This document shows, piece after piece, positions 51,145-63,299 of a stretch of DNA of 64,000 bases. How positions within the stretch are numbered: the stretch's first letter is position 1; each line of letters opens with the position of its first letter. Location: NCBI GenBank assembly GCA_963811105.1, contig CAWEPZ010000009.1, forward strand, positions 320,001 through 384,000, read 5' to 3'. Source of the DNA: Candidatus Bathyarchaeota archaeon. GTDB lineage: Archaea > Thermoproteota > Bathyarchaeia > Bathyarchaeales > Bathycorpusculaceae. The position numbers were made by a program, and so were the translations under genes. The notes under the pieces were generated by a model that ran no database searches, was not told where the DNA came from, and saw only the letters and a list, made by a program, of their open reading frames with translations.

Positions 51145-53219
51145 GGACCCAAAATTTCTTTCTCATATCTCGGCTTAACCAATAGAACATCCTCCACGTA
51201 AGCCCGCAAAGGCTCCCCTACACTCCATGCTTGCGAGATGCATCCTCTTGGTTCGTTAGGAGGACCACAATCGTATATCTCACTGATCGTTCCCAATCCA
51301 CCCTGATGGATCCCACCAGTAAATAAGGGTAAAACAAGATTTTCAAAAGCATTTTTGCGTGATTTAGCATCTTGGCCACTTAATTTCAAGTAAGCCGATA
51401 TGTAAGGACCAAGAAGCCAAGGCCAAATCGTCCCGTTATGATAAGCTGTATCTCTGCTTCGCCTGTTGCCGAAGCATTTGCCGACAAACTTGGGGTCATC
51501 TAGTGCCAATGTCCGCAACCCATAAGGCGTCACAAGTTGCTGATTGACTACATCAACAACTTTTGCGCTTTTGGCTTGGTCGAGAATTTTGAAATCCAAC
51601 GAAACAGCAAATATTTGGTTAGGCCGTAGCGAATCATCAACACTGCTAACATCAATTACATCATATAGGCAGCCTCTCTTCCAATTCCAGTATTTCTCGT
51701 TAAAGCTTTTTCTTGCTTTTTCTGCCATAACATCGTATTTCTCTGCTGAAGCGGGCTCGCCAAACTTGTTAGCCAAAAACTCCATCGTTCGCAAGGCATT
51801 GTACCATAAAGCTTGAATTTCTACAGCCTTTCCAGCCCTCGGCGTAATTCCATTACCTTCAACCGCGGCATCCATCCATGTAAGCCGTGAACCATGCATA
51901 ATCAAGCCATCATCATCCAAACGGATACCAAACAAAGTGCCTCTTTGATGATACTCAACAATCTCCTGCAAACTATCCCACAACTTGTCTCTAACAAACG
52001 AAAGATCGCCAGTGTACTTGAGGTATTGCAGAACAGCGTTGACGTACCAGAACGTTCCATCTACCGTGTTGTAAACGGGTTCACCTGTTTTGTCCGCAAT
52101 AAAGTTGGGAATTAAGCCCGCATGGCAATATTGAATGAAGTTTTGCAGTATCTCTTTTGCTTCGTTGAATCTTCCAGTCACCAGCATAAGTCCTGGAAGG
52201 GAGATGAATGTGTCTCTGCCCCATGGTTCAAACCAATGGTATCCAGCGATGATTGATTTTTCGCCTTCTGTATTTTCTACGATGAATGAATCTGCAGCTA
52301 AAAGAATCCAGTTTAGCCAATCGCTCATTGGAACTTCGGGATGAAGGTGGTAGAAATTAGCGAGCAAATCGCTTTTCTGGTTTAGCTCTTGCTTAAGAGT
52401 TCCTGTGACCTCGTTAGTGGTGCTTCCGATTGAATCTAAAATCGCCTTTGCTGACTCCGCCTCATGGCTGACAGCAGCACTTATAGAAAATTGACTCTCT
52501 AATCCATTGGGAATTTGAACCTCAAAATGTCCAGGCTGGAAACAATCGTCAATGCTGGCTTCGCCTCTTTCCTCTTCATCACGATATCTTAACTGTTCAA
52601 CCCAATTCACTTTCTCATAATACAATCCGTCAGTTATGCGGGAAACAATTGTAGTTTGTGGACGTTGAAAGGTTACTTCAAACTCTTTTACATCACTTTT
52701 TTGGGTAAATTCCAGGGAGATTCTTTTGTAATTAAGAACCTTGTGATAGTAGCGGCATGTCAAAAGTGGATAGACTCTAACTGTAGCATCAGAACCAGAA
52801 CGGTTTGCAATGTTGTAGATTGCCGAAACACCGTTCTTGTTTCTGGACATAAAAATGGTTTTGTCAACTGTAATGTTACTAAAATCGTAGGTGTATTTGG
52901 GATAGGGTGAGATTGAAAATTGCTTTACCAATCTATAGCCTTGAGGATAGATTGTGTCTTGATAATCGTTAGCGCCTAACCTGTAGATTTCATTGCCTAA
53001 AATTACGTCTTCATCAAGCTTTGACAAGCAAACTGTACGTTCACCAGGGGGATGCAGCGCGGCAATAAGAAAACCATGATATTTCCTTGTATTAATTCCT
53101 AAAACTGTGCTTGAAGCATAACCGCCCAGGCCGTTAGTTAAAAGCCACTCTGTCTTTATAAGCTCATCAAAATTTGAAAACGCCTCTTTGGCGAAAGTTA
53201 TGGCGGGCAACCGTATCAA
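51141..53219 (-). CDS. Glycogen debranching enzyme (amylo-alpha-1,6-glucosidase, archaeal type)
   Basis: EWLLTNGLGGYASST, AGYHWFEPWGRDT, LTWMDA, YHNGTIWPW, QAWSVGE; probable TTG start overlapping the upstream stop. Confidence 0.92.
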   Translation of the reverse strand: MIRLPAITFAKEAFSNFDELIKTEWLLTNGLGGYASSTVLGINTRKYHGFLIAALHPPGERTVCLSKLDEDVILGNEIYRLGANDYQDTIYPQGYRLVKQFSISPYPKYTYDFSNITVDKTIFMSRNKNGVSAIYNIANRSGSDATVRVYPLLTCRYYHKVLNYKRISLEFTQKSDVKEFEVTFQRPQTTIVSRITDGLYYEKVNWVEQLRYRDEEERGEASIDDCFQPGHFEVQIPNGLESQFSISAAVSHEAESAKAILDSIGSTTNEVTGTLKQELNQKSDLLANFYHLHPEVPMSDWLNWILLAADSFIVENTEGEKSIIAGYHWFEPWGRDTFISLPGLMLVTGRFNEAKEILQNFIQYCHAGLIPNFIADKTGEPVYNTVDGTFWYVNAVLQYLKYTGDLSFVRDKLWDSLQEIVEYHQRGTLFGIRLDDDGLIMHGSRLTWMDAAVEGNGITPRAGKAVEIQALWYNALRTMEFLANKFGEPASAEKYDVMAEKARKSFNEKYWNWKRGCLYDVIDVSSVDDSLRPNQIFAVSLDFKILDQAKSAKVVDVVNQQLVTPYGLRTLALDDPKFVGKCFGNRRSRDTAYHNGTIWPWLLGPYISAYLKLSGQDAKSRKNAFENLVLPLFTGGIHQGGLGTISEIYDCGPPNEPRGCISQAWSVGEPLRAYVEDVLLVKPRYEKEILGP

Positions 53220-54097
53220 GGCATCAACTTCGCAATGTTCTTGTCGCGAGGCGACTGAAAATAGTTGGCAACTGGAATACATTTTGTTCTGAACAGAAGC
53301 AAATGAGGCTTAGTCAGCTTGTATTCAGTGAGGGTTTCCGCATAACCCATCCCTTTGGCGAAAACCAGCTTCGCAGCATCATAAACTTTCAAGAATTCCG
53401 CCGAAACCTCTTTTTTCTGTAAGCCAACTGCATCTGTTCCAGTGGTTAATATTTCGTCAGCTATCTTATCTATTCCTGAAACTGCCACATCAGTCAAAGT
53501 AGCGTCGTTAATTACAGGTCCACCTTTGACAACGTATGTTACTTTCAAGCCCATGTTCTTCAACTGCTCCACCAGCAAAGTATCAAAAACGATTTCTCCA
53601 GCATTATCAGCTAGGAATAGGACACTGTTTACTTTTTTTGCCAAAGCGTAGGCCTTGTCAATGTCATCTATAACTAAGTCTTTGGAAGCTTCTCTAAAAC
53701 AACCCGACAAATTATTTAATGTAAAGTTGTGTCCTGGAATATCAAACTCCATAATGTTGCCAACGATAGCGCAGAGACAAGCTTTTTTGAACCGTTCCTG
53801 CTGCGTGTAACCTGCTTCTACAAGTTTTTTTGCAAGAGGCAACATTTTCAACGCTTTCTCATTAGCTAACCTTTTACTTCTCTCGTAGGGATCATTGTTA
53901 TTTGTCAACTGCTTAATTATGCGGTCTCTTTTAGTGCCTAAATCTGCTGCTACAGAAGTCTGTTTGAATTCCCGATTTAGTAGTTTTGTAACTTCAGCTA
54001 TGCATCTGAAACGTAAGGCAGGATTTGTTGTCGCCTGGTAGGTTGCCACCGTTCCTCTAGCAAGTAGACATGATTCGCATTCTGGCTCAACTTTCAA
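53216..54097 (-). CDS. DUF89/ARMT1-like damage-control phosphatase
   Basis: ECESC, GNIMEF, LADNAGEIVFD, KGGPVINDAT, AKGMGYAE, TKC. Confidence 0.9.
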   Translation of the reverse strand: MKVEPECESCLLARGTVATYQATTNPALRFRCIAEVTKLLNREFKQTSVAADLGTKRDRIIKQLTNNNDPYERSKRLANEKALKMLPLAKKLVEAGYTQQERFKKACLCAIVGNIMEFDIPGHNFTLNNLSGCFREASKDLVIDDIDKAYALAKKVNSVLFLADNAGEIVFDTLLVEQLKNMGLKVTYVVKGGPVINDATLTDVAVSGIDKIADEILTTGTDAVGLQKKEVSAEFLKVYDAAKLVFAKGMGYAETLTEYKLTKPHLLLFRTKCIPVANYFQSPRDKNIAKLMP

Positions 54098-54115
54098 AGA
54101 TAATCACACGACTTA

Positions 54116-54817
<702 letters not shown>

Positions 54818-54904
54818 TTAACGCATTTTATTAATATCATTTGCCTTTTCAAGAAAAGGTTATTGTTCATAAAAGGCTAAAAAAATAGTCTAATGGACAG
54901 ATGT

Positions 54905-56572
54905 TTATGCTTTCACTGTTGCTTTTTTAGCCATTTCTTCGGTTAGCATACCGACTAGTTGCCCGTTCTTAACTAAAGCTGCTCGCGTCATTCCTTTTTC
55001 TTTCATTAGTGACATAGCTGTCATCATTGATTCGTCAGCTTGAAGAATTAAAAGCGGTGTAAAGTTAAGGTCCTTTGCAAGTGTTTTCTTGAGGTCTCTT
55101 TGCTTCTCAGCTATCTCATTTAGAAGCTCTCGGTCATTGATTACTCCTATAGGCTTATGATTTTCAGTTATGAGAAGTGAAGTAACGCTATTTTGCATTA
55201 GTTTCTCCACAAGCTTAGCTACAGTATCAGTTGTTGAAACCTCAACTGCAGGAAGCTTGGTGCCGGCTCGGTTGCTGATTTCTGAAATGTCTATACCTCT
55301 CTTCCAAATATCATCAAGCATCTCACTTACTCTTTCGATTTGGCTAGGGTCTGTGGAATAGAATGTGTCAACTAAATAAAAGGCAGATTCACTTCCAAAA
55401 TCACTTAATGGAGGCATTTTAAACATGAACAGGTGCTTATTGTCCACAAGCATCATTGTTAGATAACTGATTGGGACATGTTTAACTTCGTAACGTGACA
55501 AAAGTCTTTGAGCTGGTTCAAGGTTGTCCAAATCGATTGATGCCATTACTCTAATTCTTAAGCCTTTTTTGAAGTACTTCAATAGCGGATCATCTTCCGC
55601 AAGACGGTTTATACTTTGGGATGTAGTGATTAACACTATGTCTTTTTTGGCACCTTCAAGAACCTTAGTTACTTTAGTCCACGCTTCCTCAACGCCTTTA
55701 ATAACAATTGTTTCGCCGATGGGTATTCCACTCTTCAACTCATCTATTCGCCTGGAAGCGTCAACGCCAGTTTGCCACATTTGCTCAAAAAAGGCTTTGA
55801 GAACAGAAATAAACATTTTATCGTTAATCCATAAGCCTTCATCTTCTAAATTCAAAACGGAAGCTTCGTTGCCAAAAGGTGCATACAAGATAGCCTCTTC
55901 TTCATCCTTAATTAGAAAGCGAGGGAAAAACTTTGAACTCATAGTGACATGACGAAGTCTAAAGTTCATTTTCCCTTCTGAAACGCTCTCATCTATTCTT
56001 TCAACAACTTTCAGGTTTTCAGGAGAAATGTCGGTTATAACTTGAAATTGGATAGCCCTATTTTCAGAAGCTGTGGCCGCTGAATCAAAAATTCCCGCAA
56101 TATCTTCTTGAACAAAACCCAAAGAAGTTGTTAAAACAATCACTTCCTTTTTCGATTCATCAATCATATTTAACATTTTTGAGTGAATCTTTTTCTTACC
56201 TGTAATAATTGAGAATTTGGCTACTGGATATTCTGATTCCGGAGCGCTTATAGATTGCCAAGCTGTTAAAAGGTCTTGTTTCTGATCGGTTAAGTTTTTA
56301 ACCTCATTCTCTTTTGTATTAATGAAGGAGCCCACTAAGGCTTCAAAAGGAACAATAGTAAAACGTGTGGGCCTTTCGAGGGTTGCTTCAATAAAGCCTT
56401 TTTCTTGAAGTTTCTTGAAAGTCCGATAAGCTTGAACTCGCTCCATCTTAAGCCGTTTAGCCACGAAGCTAGTAGATTGAACACCACTTTTGGCAAGAAA
56501 CATGTAAACTTGAATTTCCCGTTTTGAGAGACCAAGAATTTGTAAGAACTTGGTGACATCTTTCTCGCTCAT
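54905..56572 (-). CDS. TrmB-family regulator with tandem effector domains and a C-terminal CBS pair
   Basis: LGLSKREIQVY..KLQEKGFIE HTH; two similar effector-like domains (FLIKDEEE..FEQMWQTG and MMLVDNKH..DDIWKRG); CBS motifs KPIGVINDREL and QLVGMLTE. Confidence 0.85.
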   Translation of the reverse strand: MSEKDVTKFLQILGLSKREIQVYMFLAKSGVQSTSFVAKRLKMERVQAYRTFKKLQEKGFIEATLERPTRFTIVPFEALVGSFINTKENEVKNLTDQKQDLLTAWQSISAPESEYPVAKFSIITGKKKIHSKMLNMIDESKKEVIVLTTSLGFVQEDIAGIFDSAATASENRAIQFQVITDISPENLKVVERIDESVSEGKMNFRLRHVTMSSKFFPRFLIKDEEEAILYAPFGNEASVLNLEDEGLWINDKMFISVLKAFFEQMWQTGVDASRRIDELKSGIPIGETIVIKGVEEAWTKVTKVLEGAKKDIVLITTSQSINRLAEDDPLLKYFKKGLRIRVMASIDLDNLEPAQRLLSRYEVKHVPISYLTMMLVDNKHLFMFKMPPLSDFGSESAFYLVDTFYSTDPSQIERVSEMLDDIWKRGIDISEISNRAGTKLPAVEVSTTDTVAKLVEKLMQNSVTSLLITENHKPIGVINDRELLNEIAEKQRDLKKTLAKDLNFTPLLILQADESMMTAMSLMKEKGMTRAALVKNGQLVGMLTEEMAKKATVKA

Positions 56573-56672
56573 CAGGCAACCGCTCAGTAAAACCCACTGA
56601 TTTATTAATCTTAATCGTTTTCGGCATTTATATGCCTATTTGTATCATTTTGTAACAACATCAGACAACAAC

Positions 56673-57335
56673 TTAAACAAGCTTCATTTGCAGTGTACCA
56701 TGCTCGCTTTTTGCTCTTTTGGCAGGCTTCCAAGATTTCCTGACAAAACTTGGATAGTCGCCATTCTTTTCCAGCAACTTCTTAAGAAAAATCATGGTTT
56801 TGCTATCAGTTAAGTATCCACTGCCAAAGTCACCGTACTCCGATCTTAAACTATCAATTTCCCTGTCACGTTCCACCTTAGCAATGATTGATGCAGCCGA
56901 AACAATTGGGTAGATCCTGTCAGCTTTGTGCCGAGAGACTATTCTGGTCTTGGTTTTAAGGCACTCTCTAATATGGTTTCCAAATCGTTGCTCAACTGTA
57001 TCAGCGGCATCAACGTAGACTTCATTAGGCTTCAAGTCTTCAATCACCTGTGCCATGGTCTGCGCCTCAAGCCTATTTAGCTTGTGCAATCTTCTGGAAC
57101 TTTCAACTACTTTATCAATTTGAGAAGGAAGAACCTTAACAGTTTGATATTTTTGGCTTAAACTTATGATTTCAGGGTACAGAGCTTCTCGCTTCTTGGG
57201 GGAAAGAAGCTTTGAATCTTTTACGCCTAACTCAATTAAAGAAGGCAAATTTTCAGCAGTTACCATGACGCCAGCGACTAATAGTGGACCGATAACACAA
57301 CCCCGTCCAGCTTCGTCAACACCGGCAATCAACAA
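56673..57335 (-). CDS. rnhB: Ribonuclease HII
   Basis: GVDEAGRG, KDSK, VSAASIIAKV, GSGY. Confidence 0.96.
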   Translation of the reverse strand: MLIAGVDEAGRGCVIGPLLVAGVMVTAENLPSLIELGVKDSKLLSPKKREALYPEIISLSQKYQTVKVLPSQIDKVVESSRRLHKLNRLEAQTMAQVIEDLKPNEVYVDAADTVEQRFGNHIRECLKTKTRIVSRHKADRIYPIVSAASIIAKVERDREIDSLRSEYGDFGSGYLTDSKTMIFLKKLLEKNGDYPSFVRKSWKPAKRAKSEHGTLQMKLV

Positions 57336-57494
57336 TTTTTCTGCACTCCTGATATTAATGGAATGGTTAAGGTTCTAAGCTATAACACTTCTTGTGAAGA
57401 AACAAATTCTATGTTAGAAATCAGAAGAGGAAGATTCTTGTTAAGCTTCAAAGTGCAAAAAAATAACAGCGTTTTCGCAACCAAGCAATATTAT

Positions 57495-58193
57495 TCAAAG
57501 GTGTTGCGCTACAATCATAGCGTGTGCCTTATCATATGGCTCCAAATGCACAATTTCTTTCACATCAAAGCCTCTTTTACGCAATATGCCTGCTTCCTGT
57601 CGATAGACTGCATCTGGATCCATTGTTACATCGATGCTTTGCGATTTCACAGCTATCATAACCCAGCCTTCAGGTTTAAGAAAAACATCTGCATTGTCAG
57701 CTAACAATTTTGCTTGTTCAGGCTGAGCAACATCGCAGTAAATTGTATCTACTTTACCTGAAATGAACATGGCATATCTCTCGGGCATTCGAGCGTCTTC
57801 CAAAAGAGGAGAAATGTTTGGGCGGTATGTGGCAACGTTGTTGACTAAATCTCTGATTGATCGCTGAGCGAATTCAACACAGTAAACATGGCCAGTTTCA
57901 CCAACAATGTCGGAAACATGGCTAGGTGTAGTTCCAGAAGCTGCGCCTAAATAAAGCACTTTGCTAGCTGATTCTATGGGTACAGTTTGAACCCCTTTTA
58001 GAATGACGGCTGCAAGTTTGCTTCTGAACGCATCCCAAATTCGGTACTCTATGCCTTTGAACTTGACAAGACGCTCACCGTAAACGTTTAAGCCAGGCGT
58101 CAAGTTACGGGTAGCTAACCGTTGTGTTCCGTCTTCAAGGGTTGCTTGGTATATTTCTTTGAATTTTAGGTGCGGTTTAACCTTAACGGTCAA
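57495..58193 (-). CDS. flpA: Fibrillarin-like 2'-O-methyltransferase
   Basis: VYGE, RSKLAA, VLYLGAASGTTPSHVSD, DVAQP. Confidence 0.96.
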   Translation of the reverse strand: MTVKVKPHLKFKEIYQATLEDGTQRLATRNLTPGLNVYGERLVKFKGIEYRIWDAFRSKLAAVILKGVQTVPIESASKVLYLGAASGTTPSHVSDIVGETGHVYCVEFAQRSIRDLVNNVATYRPNISPLLEDARMPERYAMFISGKVDTIYCDVAQPEQAKLLADNADVFLKPEGWVMIAVKSQSIDVTMDPDAVYRQEAGILRKRGFDVKEIVHLEPYDKAHAMIVAQHL

Positions 58194-59488
58194 CGCCTTT
58201 CTCTTCTCCGATTCCTATCCCTGCGCGGTCCGCCGCGGTCTCTGAAAGGGCGTCCACCGCCTTCATGAGGCCTAAACGATCGCTCTCCGCCATCTTTACG
58301 TTCAAATGTTGGTCTTGGTTTAGATTCTTTTGGTGGAGGCGGCTCCTTGTACTTCTCTCGAATTTCGTCTAAACGTTTGTTAATTGCCTCTTTTAATTGC
58401 TCCCCAATATAGTGGCCTCCGAAAGCATCAGCTCTGGCAGCGATGGCTAGTTTTCCAGCGATCACTCTTGCGATTTTTCCTCTCTGCCATCTCTTAGCAT
58501 CATGCAGGAGTGTGTGTTGGAATATTAAGCCGTGTTTTGGCGGTCTTGCACCTGTTTTCAATGAACGGAACAGGGCTTTTTCTGCGCCTAAAACCTGTAT
58601 GGTGCTTGCTGGCCTCATAGCCAGGTTCTGCAAGCTTCCTGCAATAGCGATTAGGCGTGCTCCAAGCAGTGCTCCTGCAACCGTACGCACATTGGGGGCC
58701 ATTTCCTCCATGGTTCGGTCAACGTAATTCTCCATGTTCTTGCGCAGTTCATAAAAATCAAGTACGTTTTTGGCTAAAGACTGTATTTGTTCTAAGTCTC
58801 GTTCTGCGATGTCAGCACCCATAGATGATTCTGCTGCTTTCGCAACATGTTGGGCTCTTTCTTTAGGAATATTTTCTTTCTCTAAGCCTTCCATAGTATA
58901 GTTTTCTCTGTATCCTAAGTTCATTACAAGCCTAGAGTAGGTTTCATGTTTTTCGATTAAGCGGTCAAGCTCAGGGAAGTACACGCCATACCATTCTCTT
59001 AGTCTGCCCATGAACAAGTTGACTGTACGATCTAGATCATCCAGGGTCTGAATACCCTGTGCAATAATTAGATCTCTTTTTTCTGAGGCGCCTTTGATTC
59101 GCAGTTTGGCAAGTTCCATACTGACATTACGATTCCACAGGCTAAGCTCCTGCTCATCATTAACGAATCCTGATTCAAAAGCAACCTCATTCATGCGGGA
59201 GCGAAGAACTTCGGCATCGGCAGGTTTCGCTACTTCCACATTCACGTCCATTTTCCTTTGAATTTCTTCTGCCAAGTTGGCATTTTCAAAAAGGAAAGCG
59301 TCATAGCCCACATTTTTTAAGAGCGAAATTAATGAGAAAATATCATCGGACATCTTTCCGGCTTCAGCCTTAAGCAAGCTTCTTGCTGCTGCCTGAGGTT
59401 TTTTCGGAAACAATACCTTCTCAACTGACCTGTTTTTGTCGTCGAAGGCTACCACGCCGAAAGGGAACTGAATTATGAATGCTTTCAT
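58190..59488 (-). CDS. nop5: C/D box RNP protein Nop5 (Nop56/58)
   Basis: RLREWYGVYFPEL, PASTIQVLGAEKALF, PKHGLIF, RGKIAR; R/G-rich tail. Confidence 0.96.
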   Translation of the reverse strand: MKAFIIQFPFGVVAFDDKNRSVEKVLFPKKPQAAARSLLKAEAGKMSDDIFSLISLLKNVGYDAFLFENANLAEEIQRKMDVNVEVAKPADAEVLRSRMNEVAFESGFVNDEQELSLWNRNVSMELAKLRIKGASEKRDLIIAQGIQTLDDLDRTVNLFMGRLREWYGVYFPELDRLIEKHETYSRLVMNLGYRENYTMEGLEKENIPKERAQHVAKAAESSMGADIAERDLEQIQSLAKNVLDFYELRKNMENYVDRTMEEMAPNVRTVAGALLGARLIAIAGSLQNLAMRPASTIQVLGAEKALFRSLKTGARPPKHGLIFQHTLLHDAKRWQRGKIARVIAGKLAIAARADAFGGHYIGEQLKEAINKRLDEIREKYKEPPPPKESKPRPTFERKDGGERSFRPHEGGGRPFRDRGGPRRDRNRRRERR

Positions 59489-59725
59489 TTTTAGAGCCCC
59501 AATAAACTAACTATTGTCAACCTTTTAACTTAATAAACAGTTTTGTTGCCCTACGCATTAAAAACCGTATTTTCACATTAAGAAATTGAATGTAAGAGTA
59601 TTCAAGGCGCAATTTGATTGCTAATCTTGCACAAAGGTTGACTTGACTTTGACATACGTAAGTTTAAAGTCTGCCGTTAAATTATAGGTAGAGCATCGAT
59701 TTGGGAGCACAGGGGAATAGGGTTT

Positions 59726-61942
59726 ATGGTAAATCAACCACCGCATCGCGCACGCGGCGTAAAAGTACTCAAAGCCGTCTCATCACCACTTAGGTTGCAA
59801 ATCCTTAACCTGCTATTTGACAAAAGCGCTCTCTCTTACACTGAATTAATGAACCAACTCAAAATGAATCCAAGTCGAGATGCAGGTAGATTTGCGTACC
59901 ACCTCAAATTTCTATTGAAGGCAGATTTAATTGAGGCAGACGTTGAAGCAAAAAAATATTATTTAACTGACCTTGGCAAAATGGTTCTTGATGTCGCCGA
60001 CCGCGTGGAGAAGAAAGCGGTTAAACCAAGAGGAATGCTTGTTCGTACATCTCATCTGACACTGGAAGAGTTTGATGCAAACAAAATAGCAAATTCACTG
60101 ATAAAAGAAGCAAAGGTGCCAGTTGAGTTAGCTCAGAAAGCAGCGAAAGAAGCAGAAAAACGTTTAGTTAAATCAAAAACAAAGTATCTTACGGCTTCGT
60201 TAATCAGGGAAGTTGTGAATGGCATTTTGGTTGAAAAGGGCTATGAAGATTACCGTCATAAACTCACACGCGTCGGAATGCCCATTCATGAGGTAACTGC
60301 TTCAATAGAATCAAAAGACACACCTGTTGATTCATCAGCTTTAATTACAAAAGCAGGTCAATCCGTCCTTGGCGAGTACACGTTGCTTAATATTTTCCCA
60401 AGAGACATAGCCGACGCGCACCTCTCAGGCGCCATCCACATTAATGATTTAGGCACATGGATACTAAAACCCAACGAAGTTAGCCACGACCTCCGATTCT
60501 TTTTCAGAAATGGACTCAAACTTGACAATCCCTTCCAAACTTCAATGGATCCACCTGACAACCTTGAATCAGCCTTAGCGATCGCCCTTAACATTATTCT
60601 GCACACCAACAAAGAAACAAACAAAATGCAAACATGTAGCTACTTCAATGTTTTTCTATCTCCATTTGCAAAAGACGTTGACACCTCAAAAATAAAAGAG
60701 AATATGCGTTTGTTCATTTTAAACCTGAACCAACAAGCTGAAGCTACATTAGGACTTGAGCTCACAATTCCGAAATTAATGGCGGAGCAAGAAGCAACCG
60801 GTCCAAAAGGAAAAATTAGCGGTAAATACAGTGACTTTTCCCAAGAGATCCAACTCTTAGCATCTGTCATTCTTGAAGTTTACGCGGAAGAGAATGCCAA
60901 AAAGCCATTGCTTGGCCCGAAATTAGTTATAAGAATTAACAAGGATTCGTTTACAGATGAAAAAGCTAAAATTGCTCTCCTAAAAGCACATGGCTTGGCT
61001 GCGGAAAAAGGAATAATACACTTCGCAAACACCGCAAACAAAGATACAGAAAACGCGGTTTTTTCTGCTTCGGGAGTTAAGCTTGCTCCTGACGTAATTG
61101 GGGACTGGGAAACCGACACCCTACGCACTGGCTGTCTTGGTTGTGTAACTATTAATCTGCCGAGAATCACTCAGGAAAGTGAGAAAGACAAGAACAAATT
61201 TTTTGATCTAGTGAGAGAACGCTTTGAATTATCGGCAAGGGCTTTAGGAATAAAAAGCAACGCGTTAAAACAATTCGGGAAAAACTCCTTGCCCTTTCTA
61301 CTAAAAAACGGTAATGGAGACGTATATTTCAGGCTAGAAAATAGTTCACGCATAATTAATTTAGCTGGGTTTCGAGAAGCTATTGAGGCTTTCACAGAAA
61401 AAAGCATAGATTCTGAGGAAAGCCGCAAGTTTGCCGAAGAAATCGTCCAAAATATTTTGGCATTCAAACAAAAAATTGGCAGAAAACATGGAAAACGACT
61501 CTACGCTGTTATGCTAAGTAACCCGGATGCTTCTGAGCGCCTTGCTCAGTTGGATATTGATAGGTTTGGCATAGCAAAAGTGAAGTATTCTGGAACAAGA
61601 GAAAAACCTTACTATTCAACCGCTAAAAGATTCCAAGTTAAGGCTGGCGAACCCCTCAGCATACCCCCTGAAATAGTGGAGACTGCACAGAAAATGAAGG
61701 GTTTAAACGCGGGCGGCAGTTTCTGTATCCTTGATTTGGGAGATACCCAATTTAAGCCTGAACCTCTGATGGAGTTAACCCGACACCTAATTGAGAACCC
61801 AATCTTCGAATTCTTCACTTACAACCGCATAATCAGTTTCTGCGATAACTGCAAAAACAGCTGGTTTGGAACGCTTCATAAATGCCCATCTTGTGGGTCC
61901 ATGAGCAAACTCGCAACGTTTGATCGCTTTGCATCCAACTAA
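59726..61942 (+). CDS. ArsR-like wHTH + ATP-cone + degenerate class III ribonucleotide reductase (NrdD-like) fusion
   Basis: KAVSSPLRLQILNLL..FAYHLKFLLKADLI HTH; ATP cone VRTS..EEFDANKI..LTASLIRE; NrdD-like AHLSGAIHINDL and VTINLPRI; Zn ribbon CDNC..CPSCG. The catalytic Cys and radical-Gly motifs are absent. Confidence 0.85.
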   Translation: MVNQPPHRARGVKVLKAVSSPLRLQILNLLFDKSALSYTELMNQLKMNPSRDAGRFAYHLKFLLKADLIEADVEAKKYYLTDLGKMVLDVADRVEKKAVKPRGMLVRTSHLTLEEFDANKIANSLIKEAKVPVELAQKAAKEAEKRLVKSKTKYLTASLIREVVNGILVEKGYEDYRHKLTRVGMPIHEVTASIESKDTPVDSSALITKAGQSVLGEYTLLNIFPRDIADAHLSGAIHINDLGTWILKPNEVSHDLRFFFRNGLKLDNPFQTSMDPPDNLESALAIALNIILHTNKETNKMQTCSYFNVFLSPFAKDVDTSKIKENMRLFILNLNQQAEATLGLELTIPKLMAEQEATGPKGKISGKYSDFSQEIQLLASVILEVYAEENAKKPLLGPKLVIRINKDSFTDEKAKIALLKAHGLAAEKGIIHFANTANKDTENAVFSASGVKLAPDVIGDWETDTLRTGCLGCVTINLPRITQESEKDKNKFFDLVRERFELSARALGIKSNALKQFGKNSLPFLLKNGNGDVYFRLENSSRIINLAGFREAIEAFTEKSIDSEESRKFAEEIVQNILAFKQKIGRKHGKRLYAVMLSNPDASERLAQLDIDRFGIAKVKYSGTREKPYYSTAKRFQVKAGEPLSIPPEIVETAQKMKGLNAGGSFCILDLGDTQFKPEPLMELTRHLIENPIFEFFTYNRIISFCDNCKNSWFGTLHKCPSCGSMSKLATFDRFASN

Positions 61943-61946
61943 AAGC

Positions 61947-62972
<1,026 letters not shown>

Positions 62973-63050
62973 TCAGGCGACTGCAGCACACTTTTAATAG
63001 CGAGAATTTCGCAATAATATTTCAAGTCCGAAATTTCAAAAGGTGTTTTT

Positions 63051-63248
63051 ATGGAAGCAGTTTTGGAAAAAATTTCTAGAAGAGAAAAAAACATAGAAAC
63101 TTTTAGTTCTCATGGATATATGCCCAGGATTTATGATGTTCAATCTCCCTGTCAATGGTTGGAACATTGCTATGGCGGAAAATGCCCAGCATTCGTTAAG
63201 CTTAACGGAAACTTTTACTGCTCTCGGGTCAACAAAAGCTTTGGATAG
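63051..63248 (+). CDS. Small Cys-rich hypothetical protein
   Basis: RBS AAGGTG and an upstream TTTTAATA; four Cys (C-x5-C-x4-C-x11-C). Confidence 0.5.
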   Translation: MEAVLEKISRREKNIETFSSHGYMPRIYDVQSPCQWLEHCYGGKCPAFVKLNGNFYCSRVNKSFG

Positions 63249-63299
63249 CAACACCATTTTAACTAAAACTATCCTTTTTTTAGTTTCTAAATTAGCCTT

